Assembly: GCA_963775685.1 (NCBI GenBank)
Contig: CAVZJV010000014.1
Span: 800,001-864,000 of the forward strand
From: Candidatus Bathyarchaeota archaeon
GTDB taxonomy: Archaea; Thermoproteota; Bathyarchaeia; Bathyarchaeales; Bathycorpusculaceae
Direction of reading: 5' to 3'
DNA length: 64,000 nt
Shown here: positions 1 through 11,401 of the stretch, one piece after another
How positions within the stretch are numbered: the first letter of the stretch is position 1
How the letters are laid out: the number at the start of each line of letters is the position of its first letter
Notes under the pieces: model-generated
What the model was told of the DNA's origin: nothing
The model's input: only the letters and a program-made list of their open reading frames with translations
Databases searched by the model: none
Position numbers and translations under genes: made by a program

Positions 1-216
1 GGCATAAGTGTTAGATAACCACATGTATATAGTCGCTGTTTGACCGACACCTATAGGGTCAGGTACCGCTTGTACGAAAGCAAATGTTGAATTCTGCCAC
101 TCTGGTGCGTGTGCACTTGTACTTGAAATAGTCACCATTGGAATAGTCATAGATAACGCTAGTAATATTGCAAATATAGAAATTGACGTTTTAGATTTGC
201 TTTTTAGTAAGTTCAT
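1..216 (-). CDS. N-terminus (partial, runs off window) of secreted PQQ-like beta-propeller surface protein, paralog of 19173..21776
   Basis: Manual translation MNLLKSKSK...TSAHAPEWQNSTFAFVQAVPDPIGVGQTATIYMWL matches TSAHTPPWQVPTYAFMVVAPNPIGVGQQTTVAFWL of the 867-aa ORF; signal peptide; GGAG SD upstream. Confidence 0.85.
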   Translation of the reverse strand, partial: MNLLKSKSKTSISIFAILLALSMTIPMVTISSTSAHAPEWQNSTFAFVQAVPDPIGVGQTATIYMWLSNTYA

Positions 217-401
217 TTTTTTTACTCCTTTTATGATTTTTAAGTCAGAAAAGTAGTGCTAATAAGCCTTTCTTATCTATCGTGAGCTCAAAAAATTCTT
301 GTGTGTTAATCTTCAGCAGGTAAAATGCCACTTGTCTTTTTGCTAATTTATTGTGATACTGTTCAAGATTGGGGAAGACCTGCGAAAGACAAGATCACCG
401 T

Positions 402-598
402 CTCCACGTAAAACAAGTCTTAGGTCACAAACGAATAGAAAACACACTAAAGTACATACAACTTGCTAAAGAATATTCAAAGGCGAGATTGAATACGTTT
501 CAAGAGTAGCCAAATCTGAAGGAGAAGCCTGCCTACTAATGGACGCAGGTTTTGACTTTGTCTGCGATTTCAACGGCAACAAACTTTTCCGTAAATAG
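402..598 (+). pseudogene. C-terminal remnant of tyrosine integrase
   Basis: Reads LHVKQVLGHKRIENTLKYIQL / KGEIEYVSRVAKSEGEACLLMDAGFDFVCDFNGNKLFRK with one frameshift; collinear with the C-terminus of integrase 23176..24120 (LGHKNIKNTLLYVQL...GFEYVTEFHGAKIFKK). Confidence 0.9.
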
Positions 599-641
599 AA
601 ACACTAAAGAAATCACCCTTCGTACACCCTCGGTATGTTTT

Positions 642-676
642 ACCATAGTGGTGCAGGGGGCGGGATTTGAACCCAC
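642..676 (-). repeat. att site: copy of the tRNA-Leu 3' end plus 7 downstream bases
   Basis: accatagtggtgcagggggcgggatttgaacccac matches 24179..24213 at 34/35. Confidence 0.93.
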
Positions 677-745
677 ATACCGGTGGAGATGTCACCCGCA
701 TAACCCTTTTTTTCTCCATTTTGATTTTTGTTTAAAGCTACTACC

Positions 746-1015
746 TCATGAAGCAAATTTTCGATGCCTAAGTATCGCAACTAAAGAGAATACCCCAACT
801 AACAAAGGTATGACCACCAACAATGATAACTTTGGAGCAGTTGAAGTCGGAGTTGGGTTTGAGGTTGGCAATAATTCTAAAGTTCTAGTTACAGTAAAAT
901 ACATTTTAGAACAGGCATTGACTGTTCCATCCTCATCATTTGCCATGGCAGTTGCTTTGACTTCTATTGAATGAAATCCTTTAGGCAGAAGACTTAGCGA
1001 TAATGTTTCAGTTAG
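746..1015 (-). pseudogene. C-terminal fragment of membrane-anchored surface protein (Ig-like tail, PT linker, TM, basic tail)
   Basis: ...MYFTV..PTSNPTPTST..LLVVIPLLVGVFSLVAILRHRK; no N-terminal part; sits at island edge; 5' limit approximate. Confidence 0.6.
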
Positions 1016-1363
1016 ATTATGCGATAGTGGATGCCCAGGTGCAATCGTCTTTGAGAGGTCCTAAAGTCGTTGCCTCAAGCGGTGAAGAGGAAATGAAATC
1101 GTCCATCAAGTTTAAGATTTGACCTGACTTGCTAAGTCCCTCGAACCTAGCGTCGTTTACAAGTACAGATAATATTTTTGCGTCAAGTCACTCCTTACTC
1201 TCAATTGTGAGCGCATCGGCCAGCCCTCATTTTTGTCATAATAGAGCATGTTGGCAAAAAGGAAAACACCTAAGTGCGCGCTTTTTTCACATTTATTTCT
1301 ATCTATAATTTGAAGCGTTCAAAAGATTCTTATTCTTCGCGAACTAAAAGAATATGATGTTTT

Positions 1364-2365
1364 TTGAAGAGAATAAATGTCACTGTAACTACAGACCAGT
1401 CTGAAGGAGTTCGTGAAATCTTTGAAAAAATTAAGCTCCCCGTTGTTATTTCAACGGGAACCCAGGATGACAAGACTGTGAGCAATTTTTCGGCGCTTAT
1501 ACCTGATGAACTTGTAGACAATTCTATCGAAGAATTAACAAAAAACATAGACCTGCGAATAAAAGAAAATGTAATCAGCGTTTACGACGTAGAATCCTTT
1601 GTCTCCACTGCACTTGATAAAATTAACGAGAAAGCCGCTAAGGAGAAATCCAAAAAGAACCCGTTGGAAAGACTGATTAGCCAGACAGACAAACACGTGC
1701 GGCTAAACAAAGACACGTTAGCCATGGCTTTGTTTGCGACCCTTGTAGCTTTCGCCGGTCTTCTTTTAGACAATGTCGCTATTGTAATCGGAGCTATGCT
1801 CCTCTCGCCTCTCCTAGGTCCATTAAACGCCTTTGCTGTCAACACGAATTTGGGAAGACTGCGAAAAGTCGCAGTTAGTCAATTGTCGATTCTGGGTCTT
1901 TTAGGTGCCATAATCACTTTGTCGGCGGTCACAACCTTTCTTGTTTCACAATTTGTTAGTGTGCCTTTGAATTCAGGCCAAATAATTTTGCGCATGCATG
2001 CTTCTATTTCCGACATTGGGATAGCATTGGTTATCGGGCTTGCAGGCGGATTGGCTTTGTTTGTGGCTCTTCCTGAATTGCTGGTTGGTGTTGCCATTGC
2101 CGTCGCTATTGTTCCGCCGGCTACTGTAGCTGGGATAGGGCTAGCTTTGGGAGACGTTGGTCTCTTAGCAGGAGCTCTGACGCTGACGTTTGTGTACTTG
2201 ATTGGACTGGAGCTAGGTTCTAGTGTAATGCTTAGAATTAGAGGGGTTACACCTAGACATTATTATAAGAAAGGCGAAGTTAGGACGAAATTCGCGTATT
2301 CTGTCGCAATTCTTGCTGTATTATTCGGCATTTTAGCCGCAATCGTTTTCTTCCTAAACATTTAA
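1364..2365 (+). CDS. DUF389 / TIGR00341 family membrane protein
   Basis: GLLLDNVAIVIGAMLLSPLLGP and GVAIAVAIVPP motifs; multiple TM helices. Confidence 0.9.
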   Translation: MKRINVTVTTDQSEGVREIFEKIKLPVVISTGTQDDKTVSNFSALIPDELVDNSIEELTKNIDLRIKENVISVYDVESFVSTALDKINEKAAKEKSKKNPLERLISQTDKHVRLNKDTLAMALFATLVAFAGLLLDNVAIVIGAMLLSPLLGPLNAFAVNTNLGRLRKVAVSQLSILGLLGAIITLSAVTTFLVSQFVSVPLNSGQIILRMHASISDIGIALVIGLAGGLALFVALPELLVGVAIAVAIVPPATVAGIGLALGDVGLLAGALTLTFVYLIGLELGSSVMLRIRGVTPRHYYKKGEVRTKFAYSVAILAVLFGILAAIVFFLNI

Positions 2366-2657
2366 CCAGTAACCTAAAGGACTTATGCAGGTACCCAATA
2401 AATAGTATTTTTTGCTTTCAAGGGCAACAATAGGAGCCATTGTGGCTATCTTGCTTGCATTCGATTTAGCAATCTTTGTTTCTCCTTGAATTGTAAAGGT
2501 TATGTGTCCCGTTGGACAAGCCTGTTACGAAATCTGTTCCCTCTATTATCGGCAATATACAAACCAACCAGGCATTCGTAATTATATTTCGAGCGAAGTT
2601 CGAAGAAATCCGTAACTTTAATAAATTTATAAAAACAATTTATTATCGGAGATTGTT

Positions 2658-2942
2658 TTGATAAGTTTTGATACATTAATAGGAAAAAAGGTTATTGGAA
2701 CAGACGGATACATAATTGGAGAAGTAACAGGTGCAGAAATTGATCCTACCATTTGGCATGTTCATCAGCTGCATGTAAAGTTAACTGATAATGCATCGGA
2801 AGAGCTCGGTTTTAAGAAAAGGTTTCGAAGCTCCAAAATTTCTATGCCCACTAAAATGGTTCGGTCTGTAGGTGACGTTGTAAACATATGGCCGAAATTA
2901 GAGGCACTAAGTGAAAGCAAAGAGATTACCGAATGCAAATAA
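2658..2942 (+). CDS. PRC-barrel domain protein
   Basis: LIGKKVIGTDGYIIGEVTGAEID..W.V..L pattern; VRSVGDVV. Confidence 0.85.
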   Translation: MISFDTLIGKKVIGTDGYIIGEVTGAEIDPTIWHVHQLHVKLTDNASEELGFKKRFRSSKISMPTKMVRSVGDVVNIWPKLEALSESKEITECK

Positions 2943-3092
2943 ATTAATAGAAAAAGACAACTTTGCCCTTAAGTAATTTCTTTTTTAAATTTTTAAAACT
3001 CCTTTTTGAAACTGGGATTTGCAGTATTGCTTAAAAAGCCAACCGATATACTTTATAGGGAAAAATTCGTTATGTTTTGATTGGAGTAGATT

Positions 3093-3389
3093 TTGATGAA
3101 ATTTAATGAATTAGTTAACCAAACTGTGACTGGCGCAAATGGTTTTGTTATAGGTAAAGTTAAAGACATCGTTATGGATACCGAAGAGTGGAAAATAACT
3201 CACCTTGAAATCGAATTAACAAAGGAAGCTACTGAACAAATCCTTGGGGTAAAGCCTGCGTTGTTTGATCTTCCAAGAAACACCTTAGCAATTTCTGCGT
3301 TGCAAAAAGGCGTTTTATGCTGTAGCGAAAAAGGAATAAGCCTTAAGGTAACAAAAGATCAATTAGCTCTCTACCTAAGACCTACGTAG
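3093..3389 (+). CDS. PRC-barrel domain protein
   Basis: LVNQTVTGANGFVIGKVKDIVMDTEEWKITHL. Confidence 0.85.
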   Translation: MMKFNELVNQTVTGANGFVIGKVKDIVMDTEEWKITHLEIELTKEATEQILGVKPALFDLPRNTLAISALQKGVLCCSEKGISLKVTKDQLALYLRPT

Positions 3390-3985
3390 CGTAGGCGGGT
3401 AGATAGGAATTTTGGTTTGGGCTATCTTTTCATTTTTTTATTAATAAGTTTGAATGCAAATGTGAGTATAAATAAAAAAGTAAAAAAATGAGTACCCTTT
3501 AGCCCTTGCCCAATTTTCAATGGAAGGATTTTAAAAACATGAGGCAGAAAAAGGGTTTTTAGAACCCTTCACGCACTAACAATCAAATTATTGATATACG
3601 GAAATAATACATTTGAGGAAAGATTGAGGGCTTTGATGCAAAGACCTATACGCCTTGGAAGAGAAGAAAAGTAGAATAGACAAAAACAATCAAGCCCATC
3701 CAGAAACTCGTCGGCTTGTTTGACTTTGCCATGATAACCACTCCCACGAATTCTGTTAGTATGTTCTTTTAAAAATTCCAGCTGACAAGAAAAGATGTAG
3801 GTGTTATTCTGCACGATATAGAGGCTCGGTAAAATGGCATAAACAATCGCTCGTCAATACAACTCGCTAAAGGGCACCCCTCGCAAGAGTCTGCCTTGCA
3901 GCCATTAAGCAACTTTTGTGGAAGCGCACTATAAAACTAATCCAAACTGGAACTTGAAAGAAATATTATCAAAATTAATCGGCGT

Positions 3986-4594
3986 CTAACTTAGGGGTAT
4001 AGTTGGAATGACTGCGGTGATTCCATTTATAATAAATTGTATTGCTATAGCCAGTACTATGATCGCCATTAGTGTACTCAACACGTGCAATCCATCGTGC
4101 CCTAAGACCTTGAAAAGTTTTGGAGCGTAAATCATGCCAAAATAGGATAACAGAATTCCAACAGCTATTGCCAAGAAAACAATGCCTGCTTCAACAACAT
4201 TATTAGCTTCTGAAAAAAGCAATATTACTGTTGTTATAGTGCCTGCACCTGCGGTTAGAGGAAAAGCAAGCGGAATAATTGAAATATCTTCACGATCAGA
4301 TGAATAAACTTTCTTATCTGACAACATTCGTAGTGCAAAGACAATCAAGAGGATACCGCCTGCTATTTGGAAAGCATATACTTGAAGATTAAATACCTGA
4401 AAAATAAGTTGACCCGTTATTGCAAAGAAAAAAAGAACGACAAGGGATATTTTCATCGCCTTGATTATGATCTTGCGTTGTTTTTCAGGACTAAGATCTT
4501 CTGTCAGACTTGAAAAAACAGCTACTGTGCTAATTGGATTCATTACCGCTACAATAGATGAAGTGGCTACTAATACGAATTCAATTGGTTCCAA
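3986..4594 (-). CDS. MarC family membrane protein
   Basis: VMNP, FQIAGGILL, PLAFPLTAGAGTI motifs. Confidence 0.92.
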   Translation of the reverse strand: MEPIEFVLVATSSIVAVMNPISTVAVFSSLTEDLSPEKQRKIIIKAMKISLVVLFFFAITGQLIFQVFNLQVYAFQIAGGILLIVFALRMLSDKKVYSSDREDISIIPLAFPLTAGAGTITTVILLFSEANNVVEAGIVFLAIAVGILLSYFGMIYAPKLFKVLGHDGLHVLSTLMAIIVLAIAIQFIINGITAVIPTIPLS

Positions 4595-4676
4595 TATTTT
4601 TGCCTAAACTGACTTAGTCAATTTTGTATATAAGCATTGACAAACAAGCCCAAACTAGGTACGGTTTTTTTAAGTT

Positions 4677-4969
4677 ATGACAATACTTAACATCGAAAAA
4701 CGAGAAGTACACCGTCTCGAACCAAAGATAGCCATTGAAATCGGAAGGAAATATTAGACGAAGCTTCAGCAGCAATTGAAGGCGTTACTTGTGAAACGGT
4801 TTTGGAATTTGGTAACCCTGCAAGAATGACGCAACAAATAGCAAAAATGGATGACTACGACCTGATTGTATTGGGAAATCGAGGTTTAAGCAGCATTACA
4901 AGGTTTTTCATGGGAAGCGAAGCATCCTTTGTAAGCATGAATGCTAAACGTTCAGTGATGCTTGTTTGA
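4677..4969 (+). pseudogene. Universal stress protein remnant
   Basis: Reads EFGNPARM...YDLIVLGNRGLSSITRFFMGSEASFV...SVMLV*; N-terminus missing or frameshifted. Confidence 0.8.
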
Positions 4970-5058
4970 TAGCATTAAATGTGGCAACCCAAATACTCAA
5001 AAATTGAATACAAACATTTAGCGAGGCGCATTTTCTATTTTTTCTTTGATGTTTGCCT

Positions 5059-5289
5059 TTATGGCTTAAAAATTGTCAAGAACCCTTTGGTTTTATCCTC
5101 TTGTATAGCCAAATTGAATTTCTCAATGAACATTTCTATTATGTGACGGTCGTAATCAGCTCTTACCTTCAATTGGTAGTTTCCAGGGGTTCTCTTCTCA
5201 ATCAAAACAAAAGTTGGATCAATTAAATATTCATCACTCAACTGCTTCATGAGAGCTACCACTTCCGCTCTATTCATCTGTTCCCCCAA
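5059..5289 (-). CDS. Small hypothetical protein (degraded homolog at ~45370-45610)
   Basis: Plausible composition; YQLKV...FNLAIQED..IFKP resembles relic YRVHIK...HNLTV.KD..VIKP. Confidence 0.6.
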   Translation of the reverse strand: MGEQMNRAEVVALMKQLSDEYLIDPTFVLIEKRTPGNYQLKVRADYDRHIIEMFIEKFNLAIQEDKTKGFLTIFKP

Positions 5290-5460
5290 AACCCATTTTT
5301 AACTCATTCCACTAATAACACTTTGGTACGTTCAGGCAAAATTGCCCTATCCAAGCAATACAATGCTTGAAGCTGAGCTTAGCTAAAGCTTCAGCGCCAG
5401 CATAATTTCCTCTTCTCATACTAAACAACTCTCCTAGCCCGCACCGAGGAAGCCTATAAA

Positions 5461-6207
5461 ATGGAAATGGAGAAACCACCTGAATCTGAAATAAGCAAGT
5501 TAGCCCGCATGAGTGCTGACCGAGAGAGAGCGTTCAACGCCCTACCACGCCCAGAGCAGCTGCGATTGCTCGGGTACATTCACTTTTCCCCTCAGGAAGC
5601 CGAGAAAGCCGTTTATCCATCGGGTGATTTTAAGCGAATTGAGATGCAGAATTGGACTGCTCTTTTGGGGTTAGAACAGGGAGTTAAGGTTAGGCATACG
5701 ACGACGTCTTGGATTGTTCATGTGGAAACGCTCTATGGTCGTAGTTCCGGGGAGTTAGTGACGACTGCTAAAACTTTGGCTGACCGAGTCGCTAAGGGTT
5801 TAATGAGCAAATATGGCTGCGTTTTAGGTGACGGCAAGATTAACAAACGCCACGAGTTAGGTGTCGATGATCCTGTCGCTAATCTTCTCAACCGCTACTT
5901 TACAGTTAGCACTCCCAAACGAGTAATCGATGATAGTCCAGGTGAAGATGAGGGTGAGCTTGATCACCTTGGGCGTGACGCTGCAGTTGAGTACTTGTTA
6001 ATGCCAGAGCGAGTCAAGAAACTTGAAGGGCAATTTGATAATGTTCTTTGTGATTTAGAAAGGATTTCAGGCAGCCTTGTCAAACTGGAGAAGATGGGTT
6101 GTGACTTGGGAAGAGTTGCCGATATTTTGGGTAAGCTTGTAGTTTCTGAGGGCACTCAAGACGTCGCTAAAGGTTCAGTAAACGGAGGAAGTAGCTATGT
6201 GTCTTAG
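5461..6207 (+). CDS. Hypothetical protein of integrated element (possibly 5'-truncated)
   Basis: 248-aa ORF with C-terminal coiled coil in an MGE context. Confidence 0.6.
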   Translation: MEMEKPPESEISKLARMSADRERAFNALPRPEQLRLLGYIHFSPQEAEKAVYPSGDFKRIEMQNWTALLGLEQGVKVRHTTTSWIVHVETLYGRSSGELVTTAKTLADRVAKGLMSKYGCVLGDGKINKRHELGVDDPVANLLNRYFTVSTPKRVIDDSPGEDEGELDHLGRDAAVEYLLMPERVKKLEGQFDNVLCDLERISGSLVKLEKMGCDLGRVADILGKLVVSEGTQDVAKGSVNGGSSYVS

Positions 6208-6410
6208 GATGGTTCCAGAAAATCCCAAGTTTAGAATAGCAGTAATGGCAGTAAAAACACGTTCAAAAGCCATTTCATCACATTGCTCAAGGCATGGGAA
6301 AAGTCCATGCTTTTTACAAGTTGCTTTTCTGTGGTTGGTTGGTCCTGATTACCCACTGCTAATTTTGCCATGCGTGGATGGAGCGGAAAACTTGGAGTGT
6401 GCATTTTGAC

Positions 6411-6873
6411 ATGGAAGATAGCGAAAAACCTGTTCAGAACCAGAAAAAGAAGCGCAGCCAAAGCGATAAGATAGGTCGATTGAAGTACAATCAGCAGCTC
6501 CTCAAACAGACTCTGTCTGAGATAGAAGAAGTGAAGTTGATACTACGCACAATCTTTGCTGGTTTGAAGGATTCTTTCATTTTTAACAGTCGTTAATCGA
6601 GCGTATAGCTTGCGTGGATGAGGTAGACCGAGAGATTTTACGTTTACTCTTTGAGGCGGGACAGTCTGGCTTATTACCAAAGAATTGGCCTTCAAGCTTG
6701 AATCATTTAGGGGGATGCGTCACCAGGTTAGCCGTAGAATCTTTCGGATGAATAAACGTATGGAAAAAGAGCTTGGAGAACAAATTGTTGAGAGAAGAGG
6801 GTGGCATTGGGAGCTTACCCATTTTGCGTTTGATACTTGGACTAGCAGCAGAAAGGATGAATTAGCAATATAA
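6411..6873 (+). pseudogene. Frameshifted winged-helix DNA-binding protein of integrated element
   Basis: ORFs 6378..6596 and 6685..6873 join through LIERIACVDEVDREILRLLFEAGQSGLLPKELA..(HTH)..RRGWHW; break near 6590. Confidence 0.7.
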
Positions 6874-6985
6874 TATGGGTTTTAAAGGCTTAGATGTTCA
6901 ATGGTGAATAGAAGCAGTCATTTGAGGATAGTTTTAGATAGTCATATATACATTAAGCCTCCCAGTTGTACTAATCTTCGGCTGA

Positions 6986-8020
6986 GTGAAGTCAAACTTG
7001 TTATCGTTAATTAGGAAACGAAATATCATAATTATTGCAGTCGTAATCTTATCATTGGCAATTATTTTAAGTTCATTTCTTTACCTTAATTATCAAAAGT
7101 CGTATTTCGGTGACGTAGAATCAATTTCTGTTGGAATGGAACCTAATCAGGTAAACCTGCTTGTTTATGTCGCTGAAAATCAAAACTACTTTACTACCAA
7201 TGGGCTCAACGTAACAATCAAAGATTATGCTTCTGGGTCCGCGGCAGTTAATGGAATGTTAAATGGGGAAGTGAATATTGCCGCCGCAACCGAGTTTGTT
7301 GTTGCCAGAAATGCCGCAGCAAATCAAACCATCCAAACCTTCGCTAGCATAAACAAGTTCCTACAAATTTACATCATAGGAAACAAAGACAGTGGCATCA
7401 CAAATATTTCAGACCTACCAGGAAAGAAAGTTGGATTATCGTTGCAGACAGCATCCCAGTTTTATCTGGGCAGGTTCCTTGAATTAAACGGAATGAATCT
7501 TAACCAATTGAGTCTTGTTAATGTTTCGCCTTTGCAAGTGGAAGATGCCTTGGCAAGTGGAACTGTTGATGCTGTAGTTGCCTGGCAGCCCTACGCTGGA
7601 GCAATCGAAAATCGGCTAGGTAATGACCATCTGGTTATGTGGGATGCTCAAAGTGGGCAGGAAGCGTACGATTGCGCAATTAGTCAAACCAGCTGGATAA
7701 ATAGTAATCCACAGCTTGTGCAGCGGTTTTTGAAGTCTCTTGCGCAAGCCAAGCAGTACATCATAAGTCATCCACCTGACGCCAAAATGATTTTGCAAAA
7801 TCGCCTCAACTTTGACGCTTCATATGTTGAGACAGTTTGGTCACAATACAGGTTCTCGCTTTCGCTAGACCAGTCCCTTGTTGTGGCTTTGCAAGATGAA
7901 GGTCAATGGTTGATAAGTAATCATTTGACCAATGCGACCGTAACTCCTAACTTCATACAGTACGTTTACATTCAAGGGCTTAAATCGGTGGAACCTGATA
8001 CCGTGAACGTCATAAGCTGA
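6986..8020 (+). CDS. ABC-type substrate-binding protein, SsuA/NMT1/THI5 family, membrane anchored
   Basis: YVAENQNYF..GLNV, ISDLPGKKVG, ALASGTVDAVVAWQPY; N-terminal TM. Confidence 0.88.
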   Translation: MKSNLLSLIRKRNIIIIAVVILSLAIILSSFLYLNYQKSYFGDVESISVGMEPNQVNLLVYVAENQNYFTTNGLNVTIKDYASGSAAVNGMLNGEVNIAAATEFVVARNAAANQTIQTFASINKFLQIYIIGNKDSGITNISDLPGKKVGLSLQTASQFYLGRFLELNGMNLNQLSLVNVSPLQVEDALASGTVDAVVAWQPYAGAIENRLGNDHLVMWDAQSGQEAYDCAISQTSWINSNPQLVQRFLKSLAQAKQYIISHPPDAKMILQNRLNFDASYVETVWSQYRFSLSLDQSLVVALQDEGQWLISNHLTNATVTPNFIQYVYIQGLKSVEPDTVNVIS

Positions 8021-8029
8021 GGAAAACAA

Positions 8030-10354
8030 ATGAAGTTAAAGAGTCAACTCATCATCGGCATCATTGTCTTCGGCATAATTTTACTATTTATCTCTGCATC
8101 GGTGGTCGCTACAAATCAACAGGTAACTCAGATTATTAAGCAGGAACAAATGGCTAATGACATTAATACTGGCGCCAGCACTCTTGCCTACATTTCGAAC
8201 GATTATTTCCTTAGCAAACAAGGTTCCGAAGTTACATCATGGCAGAGTCAGTTTTCAACCCTTTCAACTGAACTTTCGCAAATAAATCCATCGAGCCCAG
8301 AGTTAACAGGACTAATTAATAACGTAAAAGCCGACATGCAACAATTGGGCACAGTGTTCAATAATTCTGCAATTTATCTCCAAAGTATCCCTGCAAATGA
8401 AAGCGGAATCGTTCATCCGCTTCTAAACACTTATACCACAAGATTGAATCTACAAAATCAAGCACTCGCTTTCGACGCTTCTGTTTTATCAAAAGCTCTA
8501 AGCGATCAAGCCGACCAATTACGGCAAACAAACAGCATTCTCCTTTTCATCCTTTTAGGTGCATTTGGAGCGTACTTTGTGACTGTTTACTTCATTAGTT
8601 ACAGGCGCACTTTTAAATCATTAACCAATCTCCAAGAAGAAACAAAAATTATCGGTTTAGGCAAACTTGACCACCAGATTATCAGTAACACTAATGACGA
8701 AATTGGAGATTTATCTAAAGCCTTCAACCAAATGACAACTAACCTGAAAACCGTCACGGCCTCCAAAACTGACCTAGACAAGCGCAAGCTTCTTTGCGTG
8801 AAAGTGAGCAGCGCTGGGCAACTACTTTGGCAAGTATCGGCGACGCTGTCATTGCCACTGATATATCGGGTAAAATTATGTTTATGAATGGTGTGGCTGA
8901 AGAGTTGACAGGTTGGGCAATGAGTGAAGCTTTAACGAAACCGGTGAAGACCGTATTTAACATCATTAACGAGCAGATCTCGTTTGGAGGTTGAAAGCCC
9001 AATAGAAAGAGTTCTCAGAGAAGGAATGGTTGTTGGTTTAGCTAACCACACGGTCTTAATTCGAAAAGACGGCGCAGAAGTTCCAATTGATGACAGCGGA
9101 GCACCTATAAGAGATAAAGACGGCAAAACCACGGGTGTGGTGCTTGTTTTCCGCGACATTGCAGAGCGAAAGAAAGCTGAAGAGGAATTGCTGGAGAGCG
9201 CGGACCGACTGAACAGAAGTCAAGAGATTGCTCATCTTGGTGGCTGGGAACTTGATTTAGTTAAAAATAAGTTAACGTGGTCAGATGAAGTTTATCGTAT
9301 CTTTGGTTTGAAACCGCAAGAGTTTGGAGCCACGTATGAAGCGTTTTTGCAAGCGGTGCATCCAGATGATCGTGAAGCCGTAGACACTGCATATTCGGGG
9401 TCTTTGCTTGAGGGCAGAGACACTTATGAAATTGAACATCGAGTGGTTAAAAAATCAACTGGTGAGATACGTTTAGTCTACGAAAAAGGAGAGCATCTTC
9501 GAAATGGAAAAGGCAAAATAATTCGTTCAATTGGGATGGTGCAGGACATTACCGATCGCAAGATGATGGAAGCTAAGCTTGAAGAATACAGCCAGCATTT
9601 GGAGAATTTGGTTGAAGAAAGAAGTAAGCAGCTTAAAGATTCTGAGCGACTGGCAACTATCGGTGCCACTGCGGGTATGGTGGGTCATGATATTCGAAAT
9701 CCACTGCAGGCTATTACTGGGGATGTTTATTTGGCTAAAACAGAGTTGGATTCAATTCCTGAAGGAGAAGAGAAAAAAAACATCCAAGAAAGCCTAACAG
9801 AAATTGAAAAAAATATAGATTACATTAACAAAATTGTTGCTGACTTGCAAGATTATGCAAGACCTCTTAAGCCAAATGCTGAAGAAACTGATTTAAAACT
9901 CATAATTGATGACTTGCTATCAAAGAACGGTTTGCCAGAGAATATTAAAGTAAATGTTAAAGTAGACACTGCAAAAGTTGTGGCTGACTCCACTTTCATA
10001 AACCGCATATTATACAATTTGGTAAATAATGCTGTTCAAGCCATGCCAAAGGGCGGCAAACTAACCATTCGCACATACAAAGAAGCAAATGATACCGTCA
10101 TATCTGTTAAAGATACAGGCCATGGCATTCCTGAAGCAGTGAAAGGCAAGTTGTTTACTCCAATGTTCACCACAAAAGCCAAAGGCCAAGGATTTGGTCT
10201 AGCAGTAATCAAGCGTATGACTGAAGCTTTAGGCGGCACCGTAACCTTTGAGAGCCAAGAAGGCAAAGGAACAACTTTCATTGTACGTTTGCCCCCCCCC
10301 AAAGAGCTAAACGGTAAATGGACTATAAGTAAGGATAGTTTTCTAATTCTTTAG
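8030..10354 (+). pseudogene. Membrane sensor histidine kinase (2TM-HAMP-PAS-PAS-HisKA-HATPase) split by two single-base indels
   Basis: HAMP DEIGDLSKAFNQM; breaks near 8778 (restores DLEQAQASLRESEQR) and 8978 (restores EQTRLEVESP); GHDIRNPL, NNAVQA, DTGHGI, GQGFGL. Confidence 0.88.
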
Positions 10355-10535
10355 CAAAGAAAAGGGTCTCAAAATGTAGCTCTACAAATTTACTTCTTGA
10401 CCTTTTTTGTTTTGGAATATGCGGTTAGGATGTGTTTTATTTTGGCTTTTTCGAAGTTTTGCTGTTGTAGTTAATCCGAAGTCACAAACAGCTAAAATAT
10501 TTATGCTCCTTTTGTTGGATTAGGAGTTTTTTGAA

Positions 10536-11400
10536 ATGCCTAATATTATTACCAAAGATGGCACGAAGATTTATTATAAAGATTGGGGCAAAGGACAACC
10601 AGTTGTTTTCAGTCATGGCTGGCCTCTAAATGGAGATGCTTTTGAAGATCAAATGTTCTATCTGGCGCCTAAAGGTTACCGCTGTATTGCACATGACCGA
10701 CGAGGGCACGGACGCTCAAGTCAACCTTGGAACGGAAATGACATGGACACTTATGCGGACGACCTTAGTGAGCTCATAGAAAAGCTTGACTTAAAAAATG
10801 TAATTCTGGTTGGACATTCAACTGGAGGCGGCGAAGTTACAAGATACATAGGTCGCCATGGAAACAAAAGAGTGGCAAAAATTGTGCTAATTGGCTCGGT
10901 TTCACCTTTAATGGTTAAGACAGCAGATAATCCTGGAGGGTTACCAATACAAGTTTTTGACCAATTACGCGCAAACGTTGTTGATGACCGTTCACAATTC
11001 TTTAAAGATCTCTCGATGCCGTTCTACGGATATAACAGACCAAACGCCAAAATTTCGGAAGGAGTGCGCGAGAATTTCTGGCATCAAGGCATGATGGCGG
11101 GATTTCCAGCAGCATATTTCTGCATCAAAGCATTCTCAGAAACAGACTATGACGGAAGATCTGAAAAAAATAGATGTGCCAACATTGATTCTTCACGGCG
11201 ACGACGATCAAATCGTGCCCATTGCTGACTCGGCTATGCTCTCCGCAAAAATCGTAAAGCAAGCAACACTCAAAGTCTACAAGGGTGCACCGCACGGTAT
11301 GTGCACCACACACAAGCAACAAGTCAACGAGGATCTTTTGGCATTCTTCAAAGAAAAACCGGCAACTCAAGCACCAATGACAGCCCAACCCAATTCTTAA
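10536..11400 (+). pseudogene. cpo: Non-heme chloroperoxidase / alpha-beta hydrolase, frameshifted near 11148
   Basis: [38 protein letters not shown]; two overlapping ORFs. Confidence 0.9.
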
Positions 11401-11401
11401 G

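Noticed and set aside
552-974. 140-aa plus-strand ORF
   Set aside because: Spans integrase remnant, att site and the antisense of a surface-protein fragment; VVQGAGFEPT is translated tRNA sequence
1021-1050. atagtgg.tgc similarity to att
   Set aside because: Too short, no T-arm sequence
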